In this document: piece by piece, positions 1-10,397 of the stretch
How positions within the stretch are numbered: position 1 is the stretch's first letter
Layout: each line of letters opens with the position of its first letter
Notes under the pieces: model-generated
The model's database searches: none
Seen by the model: only the letters and a program-made list of their open reading frames with translations
What the model was told of the DNA's origin: nothing
Program-made: the position numbers and the translations under genes
NCBI GenBank assembly: GCA_964016885.1
Contig: OZ024742.1
Coordinates: 194,370,001 to 194,434,000 of the forward strand
Reading direction: 5' to 3'
DNA from: Eledone cirrhosa
Lineage: Eukaryota
DNA length: 64,000 bases

Positions 1-53
1 GTTAGGTAGCGAGTTCGCGAGAAGTCCTATGCATGTTATTCTTGGAGTAATAA

Positions 54-299
54 TAGTGAAAGGTTGAAGAATAACATGGTCGGCTGTACAAAAAGGGTTT
101 TATTTCTAGTATTAACAATTTTTCATAGATCAGGTGAGTCTAAACGCCGCTAATCACTCGAAGTTGCGTCACTCGACCTTAAATACAGTGTTTACTTCTG
201 ATCAAATCATCGGAATACTGAAGGTTTTACATAATTGTTAATACTAGAAATAAATCCCTTTTTGTACAGCCGACCATGTTATTCTTCAATCTTTCAATA
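54..299. repeat. Fold-back unit: ~67-bp inverted arms (54-120 / 233-299) around a hammerhead-containing spacer
   Basis: ttgaagaataacatggtcggctgtacaaaaaggg...attaacaatt is mirrored by aattgttaatactag...gaccatgttattcttcaa; right end runs into TA repeats; homologous to 61905-62068 (opposite strand). Confidence 0.85.
110..217 (-). ncRNA. Type I hammerhead-like motif, CCGAUGA core, 82-nt stem II insert
   Basis: Minus strand: tatt CCGATGA tttgatcag...ctgatctat GAAA aattg TT aata; stem I tatt/aata; stem III appears to have lost one base. Confidence 0.6.
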
Positions 300-1032
300 T
301 ATATACTGTATATATATATATTATATATCAACTAGACGTTGATTAGATAGAACGTTTTTCACTACAACCCGTTTGGATCCATCATCATCATCGTCAAATC
401 TGGCAAATGTATGCTTTCTTTTATCTCGATAAAATTCATTTATCCCAATATGACTGCGTACCCTCGTAAAGTACAGAAAGCAGTATAAAGTAGACATAAA
501 AGCAAAGGTGCAATGCAGAATGTAGCTCATGTAGAATGGAATAATGGAAAACTAATAAGCAATAAGACAATACGTTGACATTCGAACTGATTTCCACAAT
601 TTTATCTTTCCTTACTTATATGATATTATCTATAAAACCTTTGAGTTTCTCTAGAATACTTGGATTATTAGCGAATAGTAATCTCGGAGATCAGAAAATT
701 CACTTTAGATGAACAGATATAAAAACGTTTTTTTCTTAATGCTTTCGTGCTTACGTCTAAATAATCGATATTCTTATTTATTTCTTCAAAGAAAACATAC
801 AAATATATTTTATTTCTTGTTTTCAACAAAATTCGGTTTCTAACAACGTTTACATAATGTCTCTAAAACAGAAACGTTGATTATCATCAATGTATTAACA
901 CAATGAAACGTCTTATTACAAGTTTCTAAGCTGTACATTAAATGTACACGGAATAAAAGCATTTACTAAGGTCTATATGCAAACACACACATACACACAC
1001 ACACACACACACACATACACACACACACACGC

Positions 1033-1084
<52 letters not shown>

Positions 1085-1988
1085 TATTTATTTATGTTCA
1101 TACACAGGATAAAAGCGCTAACTAAGGTATATAAATATAGATATATACATATATATATATAATAGATGTAGTTCAAAGCACACATGTTTATCTTCTACTA
1201 TGGTAAGCTAACATAAAAGTGAGGAGTAAGAGTCGATGACTTATATAAAAAAGTATAAAATTAATATAAATAAATAAATAATGCATAAAGTCTTCCAAAA
1301 TATCCATTAACAGGGAATTCAAGAGCTGGAATCTGAGAATGATGTAACATATCCAAGAATAGAAACTTCTTGAGTAATTTAAGAGAGTTCATTTACCTCC
1401 TTAAAATAAACCACTTAATAAATCTAATGTGATGTTCTGAATAAAGCAATTTCTCCTGCATTGCGTTGTCAAATTATGTCGATGCTAATTCATTAAAACA
1501 TATGAGGCGTATAATTAATATTTCAGTTAAACTCTGACCCGTAGGATGATACATGTAATTAGATAATTAAGGATACAAACGGAAAATAAAATATTATATT
1601 ATTCTATTATATAAATACTAGCAGAAAAACCACCCTTAGGGTGGTTTTCTGCTAGCATGTATAGTGTGTATATTGATATTATACGCACGTATATATACAT
1701 GTAGATATGATACATCAAATAAAAGCGTAATTGACACTATATAATACATAGAAATTGAACGAAGACTTATATAATCAATAAGTTAATCCATGATGCATTA
1801 AAAAAGACGATATTATATATAAACTGCATTAGGAGAAAATTAGTGACGGAAAATTAGTATGTTTATTTTATCGCCACCGGAAGTGTTGACATTTCATAAA
1901 TTTTCAAGAAGTGATTCTTTAAATAAACAAAATGTATTTAATGACCAGCCACGAAATTTAGTAGATAAATTATGTAATAATCATTCAT

Positions 1989-2168
1989 TGTGGATTGGCA
2001 ATATCGGTAGAGGGTCGGACGCTATACTTTGACGCATAGAGTTACGGCCCTTGCCATTCTGAGTTCAAATCCCGCCGAGGTTAACTCTGCCTTACGGGGT
2101 CGATAAAATAAAAGTACCAGTTATGTACTGGAGAATTTCTGGCCTTGTGCCAAAAGTAGAAACAATTA
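1989..2168 (+). mobile_element. tRNA-derived SINE
   Basis: A-box-like tggcaatatcgg, B-box gagttcaaatcc, shared core gccttacggggtcgataaaataaaagtaccagt; multiple copies in window. Confidence 0.8.
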
Positions 2169-2471
2169 TTTATTCAAAGTAATCCAACTTATTTTACAAA
2201 CGGGATAAAAAAAAATAAACCGTACGCAATCCCGCAGACCTTCCTTTATTAAAGTCTAGATTGAAAATACTGATATATTTCAAAATTTCGTCAGATCTTT
2301 AATTAACATAAGCTTAGCATATATATATATATATATATATATATTTGTAGTAAGGTTGCTTGGATGCGTCTATAGGCGGTATGACGGTTGAGCACTCTAT
2401 GCATCTTCGGAGCAGACCATGATAATATGGAAAAGGAAGATACGTCTAGTGATTTCGAAGCAAATCACTAG

Positions 2472-2564
2472 ACGTATCTGAGGAACTTGCGAATCCAGAG
2501 TCAGATTCGATCCACCAACAGATCGCACCTCGAACTGTTCGCCGGAGAAACAATTGTAATACGT
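2472..2564 (+). ncRNA. Type I hammerhead ribozyme motif with 62-nt stem II insert
   Basis: acgtat CTGAGGA acttgcgaa...ttcgccgga GAAA caattg TA atacgt; perfect 6-bp stem I, canonical core, palindromic stem III ACAATTGT, GUA site. Confidence 0.75.
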
Positions 2565-2614
2565 AATAAATTGTGTTCCGATACACCACTGATTCTTCGT
2601 TTTCCATAGCATAC

Positions 2615-2700
<86 letters not shown>

Positions 2701-2855
2701 TTGTGTGTGGGGGTGTGAGCGCGCGTGCGTGTGAGTATGTAGACATATATATAGATATATAAATGTATGCAAAAGGTAAACAGAAATAACAACACAATCG
2801 GTACAGTAAATGGAAGGAATATATTAGGTTAACGCTTGAAATAGCAGGAAGAAGG

Positions 2856-2891
2856 TCCTAACGTTTCGCACGTATGTCCTTTATCAGAAGA
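2856..2891 (-). ncRNA. Degenerate minimal hammerhead relic
   Basis: Minus: tctt CTGATAA aggac atac gtgc GAAA cg TT agga; G8>A and a stem II mismatch. Confidence 0.45.
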
Positions 2892-2992
2892 AAGAATGAG
2901 AAATAAGCTAGATTTAAGGGACGGGTGGGGTGTAATTGGAAACAAATGTATTTTGATAAAAAATAACAGGTCCATGCATACGCACACTCAGT

Positions 2993-3045
<53 letters not shown>

Positions 3046-3046
3046 C

Positions 3047-3100
<54 letters not shown>

Positions 3101-3302
3101 GAGAGAGGGAGAGAGAGAGAGTTGAATTGAAAAAATGAGAGGAACAATTCTTTATAAAAAAATAAAATATAAAAGGTTTCTATGTATCAGTGTAAACCAT
3201 CTTATCAAATAGTGAATATTACAATTAAAAAGAATTCAAAAGAATTCAAAATTTTTTAAATTAAAATTCAGTGTTGGACAATCTTTCTTGATGCGCAGCC
3301 TA

Positions 3303-3871
3303 TCTCTATATATATCAAGTTATATTCCTGTCTGTGTGTTTGTTTGTTTATTTGTTCACGAACTACTCCTATGGTTTTGGATATAAAGCCCCATAAATAT
3401 ATATATTCTGAAAATACATTGCCCAGGGTACTTGGATAAGTATATTTCATTTTAATCAAAGGGTTCCACGGGGGAACAATCCCTCGCTGAAAAAAACCCG
3501 CTGAAATGTTTTTCTTTCGATTATTTATGAAATTTAAATCATAGCTAAATGAGAAGATATGATGCCTATTCACAAAATCTCAACAAATTTCAATAATATT
3601 AAGACACCCTAATGGGGTTAAACCCCCTATTAGGCTTCCCTGGAGGCACAAACCGCCGCTGAATTTGTTTCCCTTATATTTATACGAAAGGTAAACCACA
3701 GGTAAATGGCAAGATATGATGTTCTGCAATGTTTCATGCATTACATCTTACATTGAGTAATATTGAAATGCAGAGTTTTTCTCCATAAGTTATATCACTG
3801 ATTTAAAATCAATCATCATTTTCTTACAAAAAAGAGGTGTGAATCGCAGCAAGGCGCTGGTAATTCGGCTA

Positions 3872-3872
<1 letters not shown>
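3303..3872 (+). mobile_element. Non-autonomous Helitron
   Basis: A|TC 5' end followed by tata and (gttt/gtct)n; 3' GC hairpin cagc-aaggc-gctg then CTAG|T. Confidence 0.65.
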
Positions 3873-3951
<79 letters not shown>

Positions 3952-4242
3952 CATATTTATACGAATAATAAAAAGGGCAAGAAAAATTATTAGTTTTAAC
4001 ATACATATTTAGAGAAGAGAGTTCATATCTCTGTCCGTGTTTTTCCTCCGTTCTCTGTTAGATGGCTGACAGAAATAGTAGTTTTCATTTTTTGGGGATT
4101 TGACTGGTAATATTTATATAACCAATTAAAGATTGATAATGAGTAATGAAAAATATGTTACTGTAGGAGTCATCTGTTTGAACAGTATATGTTTTACCTA
4201 ATTTCAATATTCAATGTTAAAGTTGAGTATTAATACTGAGAG

Positions 4243-4402
4243 CGACAGACACCATGCTTTGCAGCATAGAGTTATGGCCCTTTACGCTCAATTTAGAGTT
4301 CAATTCCGCCGAGGTTCAATTTGCCTTACGGGGTCGATGAAATAAAGTACCAGTAATGCCCTGAGATAATTGCTGGCATTGTGCCAAAAGTAGAAACATT
4401 AT
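4243..4402 (+). mobile_element. tRNA-derived SINE (same family as 1989-2168)
   Basis: gagttcaattccgccgaggtt...ttgccttacggggtcgatgaaataaagtaccagt...gtgccaaaagtagaaac. Confidence 0.75.
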
Positions 4403-4844
4403 TCTGCGTTATATGTTATGTTTATGCTCCTATGTAGCATAATTTTCGTAATTACTCTTAACACATGTTTCGCAAAAGACCAAATGGTTGCCTTAAACTT
4501 TACCATCAACTTCGACTAAAAAACTGATTTGTTTATCAGACGCAGTTGAGTTCATAATTGGAATATAATGATCTGTTTGTGTAAGGCATTAGACCTGTAT
4601 ATATAGAAGATTTCGCCACCACAGAACTGTCACCATTAATTCGCTGTCTGCATGTACCGGAATCTCATGAGGGAGGGTAGAGACCAAGAGTATGCATGAG
4701 ACAATAAAATTAAATATTTCTGTGTATCTGTACATTATATACCCACACTTACAAACGTACATAGACAAACAAATATATACACATATAAACACACAGTCAT
4801 GCATTCACTACATACTCTCACATCATATATAAATTATATATATA

Positions 4845-5342
4845 TTAGAATTCGGATTTACCTTCGAACATAGTTGTGTATAGATATGTATTTGAATTTC
4901 GTATTTCTAAGGAAATACACTATGTTTACAAATAAACATTTAGAAAGCCATAGCTATAAAAAAAAATCCACTGGGAGCTAACCACACCCTGCGGTGTCCG
5001 GCAGAAGCAAGGGAGACAATCATCTATGCATTTTCGAACACAAATGGTTGTCGCCGGGATGATCTTTCCAACTCTTGCAACTGCTGGACATTGAAAACAG
5101 GCGAAAATAAATAGTTTATTCGTCTGCGGAAATGATATGATTAATCTCATTTTCATATGAAGCTGTATAAGTTGGTTCAACTTATAATAGAATATAACTA
5201 GGATTTAGCTTCGAACATTGTTGTATACAAATATGTATTTGAATTTCCTAAAGAAACATGGTATGTTTATAAATAAAAATTTTGAAAGCCATAGCTATGA
5301 AAAACACACTGGCAGCTAACGCTACCCAGTGTGTTTTTCATA
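4845..5342. repeat. Partial tandem repeat (~140-bp copies about 350 bp apart)
   Basis: ggattta.cttcgaacat.gttgt...gaaagccatagctat occurs at ~4855 and ~5201. Confidence 0.7.
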
Positions 5343-5472
5343 TATATATGTACGTCATCTTAACCCCACTATCAGGCTAAATAATTTTCTTTAATTTCTT
5401 TAGTGAAAATACGGCGATAGCTTACATTTATAATTTCAAACTCGCTCGCTGTTTCGAAAATATTCTTACTTG

Positions 5473-5534
<62 letters not shown>

Positions 5535-6150
5535 CAGCGAAAAACGTATTTCGGCTGGTAGAAAAAGCGAAACGAAACGCAAGATCGTAGAAATGCTGGC
5601 AAGCGCTCAATGGTTAAAAAACCAGAGCTAAACAATATGTTAAAACGCCATACAAACTGAAAAAGTAGTTAAGAAGGCATTAACCACCTAAGCCAAAAAA
5701 CAAATCAAGCTAAACAGGTCAAACAATATGTAGTTCAAGGAGACAACACAAAGAGGTATAAAAAGTATTATTAGTTCCACGCTTTGCATTGGAAAGAGGA
5801 AAGACAGTTCTACATCTCAGGCTTTAAACGTGCGGTAATCTTTGTTTTTCGAACTTGGATATTTACTTGCGACTACACCATTTACCATTCTATCCAGTCA
5901 GTGGATTACCCACGCACCTCGAGAGAGGGAGATATAGAGATTCTGTAGTTCTGTGACCGAGGATGTACTTTCAACTGGCTGTCCCCCATTTCCTCCATCT
6001 GACAAGCCTACCATTTTGATAAACTCAACTAAAGAGCTGCCAGTGACCTATTTTTTCATAGCCTACTGATATTACTTCGCCCTTGAAGAAATCAGTCGGG
6101 ATTTTACACACCCTTCTCAGTACCCGTATATATATATATATATATATATA

Positions 6151-9100
6151 CGGCAATCTGTCTAGGAGAGTGACCACTCTGATTTCAAAGCCGGGGCGGA
6201 CAGAGCTCTTTGGCCTTGATAGGCAATCTGTCAAACCAATCCTGACTGGGTTACACGACAACATTGGTAAGCAGGTTGTCGGATCAGGAGATAAGGCAAT
6301 GATCAAGTAACTGTGAATTTGGTTCATACTACTAGAGGCAAGGCGGGCATATCAACTATTGTTCGATGTTTCGGTGAGGCACAACCGCTCTAATACAGAG
6401 TACTGCTTTCATTTGTATGGAGTAGCGACCACAAGTGTATATCCAGCTAATGAAAGCTAAATATGACACAAATCCTTCGATGTTCATCCCGCAGCGCTCG
6501 TCGCGCGGTTAAACAAGGAGCGCGTTCTGCAACGAATTCCCACATTGCAGTCGAAAAATCAGATACTGGGAAACATAGACGGAGAAAAGAACCAACCCGA
6601 CTTGTACACAGGAAGAAAGACATCTTTGCTGGTAAACTCAATGTTCAAACACTCCAGAAAGACCATGAAATCCCTGAACTTATTGCTTCAGCAGGAGCGA
6701 CCAACCATGATGTTATCTGTCTTCAGGAGCACCGGTTCATACATGAAGAGCTTGTAACAAAGGAGAAAATATTTGGCAATTGGAAGCTGATAACCTGCTG
6801 AGCTTGGGAAAACAATATGAATGCTGCAAATGGTGGAGTTGGAATGCTTTTCAGCCCGCGAGCCTATGACACACTTGCGAGTGTTGAAATGATAACAGCA
6901 AGGATAATGATAGCTACGGTTATCGGGAATCCTAAATCCACTGTAATCTCTTGCTATAGTCCAACAAATGTATGTGACATGGCCGAAGTAGAGAGGTTTT
7001 ACATGGAACTAACATCACTCACTAGACATATCCCGAAACATAATGTTCTCATCATTGGCGGAGACTTCAACGCGCGTCTTCGACAGCTTAATGGATTCAA
7101 ATTCTCATACCACTCACAAACCAATAGAAACGGTTGTATGCTAAGAGATTACTTGTGTGAGAACAATTTACGACGTCTCAACGCCATATTCCAAAAAAGA
7201 CCAGGCCAGTGGTGGACACACAAATCTCCAAATGGCGACAAGACACAACTGGATTATATCATATCAATCGAAAATGGAAGAACAGCGCAAAAAACTGCAG
7301 AGCATATGACTCATTTGTTAGTGTTGACTCGGATCATCGCATTGTCTGGGCCAAGATACGATTATGTCTCCGAGGGGATAAAAAAAAATCTGCAAATGCT
7401 AGTCCTTACAACTGGGCAGTTCTGAATACCAATCCTGAGACTTACAAAACCTTTGTAACCCAACTGAGCAACCGATTTGCTGCCCTACAAGACTCTGCGC
7501 CAACAAAATCGTCAAATTCTACATTTAACCACTTTCAAATGGCATTCAAAGAGGCAGCGGCCGACACCATCCCTTTAAAACCCAAGGTTAAAAAACGAAA
7601 ACCCTGGGAAACAGAGAGGATACGCCAAAAGCGCTAAAAGTTTCGAAAAGCTGCAGAAGTGAAAGACACTCAACGATCTCCAGAAAACATTAGTAAATTC
7701 AATGCTGCTTGTACAGCACTGATCAATCATATCTTAAGTACTGTCTTTTTTTTTATCCACCCGGAGACTTAATCGTATCTTGGCCGAGACAGCAAAAGTA
7801 GTTGCAGAAAAAGTAGTGACAGAGCTTCCAGCCAAGACGAACGTTTAAAACTGTGGCAACAACATTTTCAGAACCTACTTGGCAAAGCACCACAGATCAT
7901 CGCAGAACAAATAATACCAGTTTTTACAGAGGAACACCAAATACAGAAAGGTCCTTTCACTATGGAGGAACTACAGAAAGCAGTGAAAAGTATTGGTAAC
8001 AGAAAAGCGTGCGGACTCGATGAGATCCCAGCTGAAGTGTGGAAGGTACCTGAATTTCACCCAATCCTACTAGAGTAATGTAATAGTGTCTATAATCAAG
8101 ACCCCATAGTAAAATGGACTGAGGGATGTATACTCCCTTTTCCAAAAAAAGGCGATCACGGAATGGTTAAAAACTACCGTGGCATAACACTAATGGCAAT
8201 TGCTGCAAAGATGTACAATCTCATGTTGCTTGACAGAATAAGACCTGTAATTGACCCCTTTCTGAGAAAAAAACAAAATGGCTTCCGCACCAACAATCAA
8301 CATCAGAGCAAATACTTACTATTCGGCGTATTTTGGAAGGCGTAAAAGCCAAAAACCTCCCAGCAACTCTCCTGTTTATTGACTTTTCAAAAGTATTCGA
8401 TTCTATCAATCGTGGGAGGATGAGAGAGATACTTCTAGCCTACGGCTTGCCAAAGGAAACAGTAAATGCCATCATGATGTTATTTAAAACACTCGCGCAA
8501 TGGTGCGCTCACCTGATGGAGATACCAACTTCTTTGATATCATTGCAGGACTACTCCAACCATATATTGCAGCACACTCTTGCACCATATATTTTTATCA
8601 TCTGCCTCGACTATGTATTGAGAAAAGCCTTGATGGAAAACTTAGAGCTTGGTTTCACTCTCACAAAGCGAAAATCAGCTCAGAAAATCACCAATGCTGA
8701 CTACCTTAAGGAAGCAACATCAGTACTTCACAGCATTGAATCAGTTGCAAAGGAAATCGGACTCTATGTCAACGCAGGCAAAACAGAATATATTTGCCTG
8801 AAACAAGACCCCTCAGTTGGTATGCGAAGACTAAGCGGCGATATAATCAAGCAAGTTGACGATTTCAAATACTTGGGTAGCTATATCGCCTCCAAAGAAC
8901 ATGATGTTAACATCAGTCTGGGAAAAGCCTGGGGAGCATTGAATGTAATGGAAAAAATATGGAAATCAAACCTGCCGGCCAAACTGAAAAGGAATTTCTT
9001 CAGAGCTGCTGTGGAATCTGTGCTTGTTTATGGCTCTATCACTTGGACGCTAACGTCAAAACTGGAGAAAAAGCTAGACGGGGCATACACACGCATGCAC

Positions 9101-9441
9101 CGTGCTGCTTTAAACCTATCTTGGAGATAGCACCCAACAAATAAGAATATATGGCAATATACCACCTATCAGCAAGTCAATACGTAAACAGAGACTCAGA
9201 TTTGCTGGCCACTGTTGGCGCAGCAAGGAAGAAATAGCAGGCGATGTATTGTTATGGAGTCCATCTCATCGAGCAAGAAACGCTGGTCGTCCCAAGAAGA
9301 CATACGCCAAGCAACTTGAGGACGATACTGGATGCACTGCGAAAAATCTGGCAAACGCTATGAGAGACAGATATGAATGGAGGAAACGTGTCGTAGAAGG
9401 CTGAGTACGCTCGACCTGATGATGATGATGATGATGATGAT
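6151..9441 (+). mobile_element. RTE-clade LINE, near full length, frameshifted (APE endonuclease + reverse transcriptase)
   Basis: APE motifs NVQTL, ICLQEHR, GGDFNAR, LDYI, SDHR; RT motifs NYRGITL, FIDFSKVFDSI, FKYLGS; (GAT)n 3' tail at ~9417-9441; several stops and frameshifts. Confidence 0.9.
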
Positions 9442-9443
9442 AT

Positions 9444-9529
9444 ATATTTATATCTGCGTCCACAGAATGATTTTTATTTAGTTTCAGAAGATTCCGTTAA
9501 GGGTGAAAGCAGCGATTGTTTGCTTAAAC

Positions 9530-9573
<44 letters not shown>

Positions 9574-9658
9574 GTTTAAGCAAAATATCGCTGCTTTCGC
9601 CCTTAACGGAATCTTCTCAAACTAAAAAAAATCAATCTGTGGACGCAGAAATAAATAT
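9444..9658. repeat. ~85-bp inverted repeat around a (TA)n tract
   Basis: tctgcgtccacaga...gaagattccgttaagggtgaaagcagcgat...tgcttaaac mirrored at 9574-9658. Confidence 0.85.
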
Positions 9659-10070
9659 TTCGAAAAATGTTGCAACCAAATAGAAACAAGAAGACGATAT
9701 TTTGGTTCGTGAGGACAGTCGTAACGGGTTTGGTTGCTTAAAATTTAATCTGTTATTGTAATAAATATTTGCTCTATGGTTTTTATATATATTTATATAT
9801 ATATTGGCGATGAATTAGTTTTGCGAGGTTTTTTATATGAAATCGTGTGTCGAAACAGATATTGTTATATTTGGGGAGGGTCATATTTACGTAATATTGC
9901 CAGAATTAATAACAGAACACACTCACTGTTTGGTTGGTTTTCGCTTCTCGCTGTCTTTTATATATATATATCTGCGATCTAACTTACTCGGTCCTCAATG
10001 TTGCCATTGACTGACCGGCGGTCAAAAATAATACAGATACAATATAGACAAACACATATATATATAGTTT

Positions 10071-10113
10071 ACATAAATCTTTCGTTGCACATCTGCAACA
10101 TCGTCAGTGGTGT
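10071..10113 (-). ncRNA. Minimal hammerhead motif at 3' end of PLE
   Basis: Minus: acacca CTGACGA t gttgca gatg tgcaac GAAA gatt TA tgt; 6-bp stem II, weak stem I. Confidence 0.6.
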
Positions 10114-10397
10114 TATATTCATTGTTCCTCCTGTTGTGTTGTATGTCTACGCCATTTTTTTTTTTTTTTTTTTTTTTTTTGTTCAGTCTGTCTATATATT
10201 TATTTATTTATTTGCTTGTTTGTTTATCTTATTTTATTTTGTCTTCTTTGCGCATGCGTTTGCGTGTGTGTATAGTGTTATGTGTGATGTGTGACTAGTG
10301 TGTATAGTGTTGTGTCTGCTGGGTGACTAGTGTGTGTTTATGTGCTTGTGTATGTATTTATTTATCTTATTTTATTTAATTTAGTTTACTTATTTAT

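Noticed and set aside
340-402. Minus-strand TTGACGA...GAAAAACGTTC hammerhead-like string
   Set aside because: Core, stem II and stem III are all imperfect; indistinguishable from chance without a family consensus
1989-2090. tRNA gene suggested by A/B boxes
   Set aside because: No cloverleaf; it is the head of a multi-copy SINE
6151-6320. HDV-like ribozyme at the RTE 5' end (also 47690-47934)
   Set aside because: Known for some RTEs, but I could not fold a convincing nested double pseudoknot by eye
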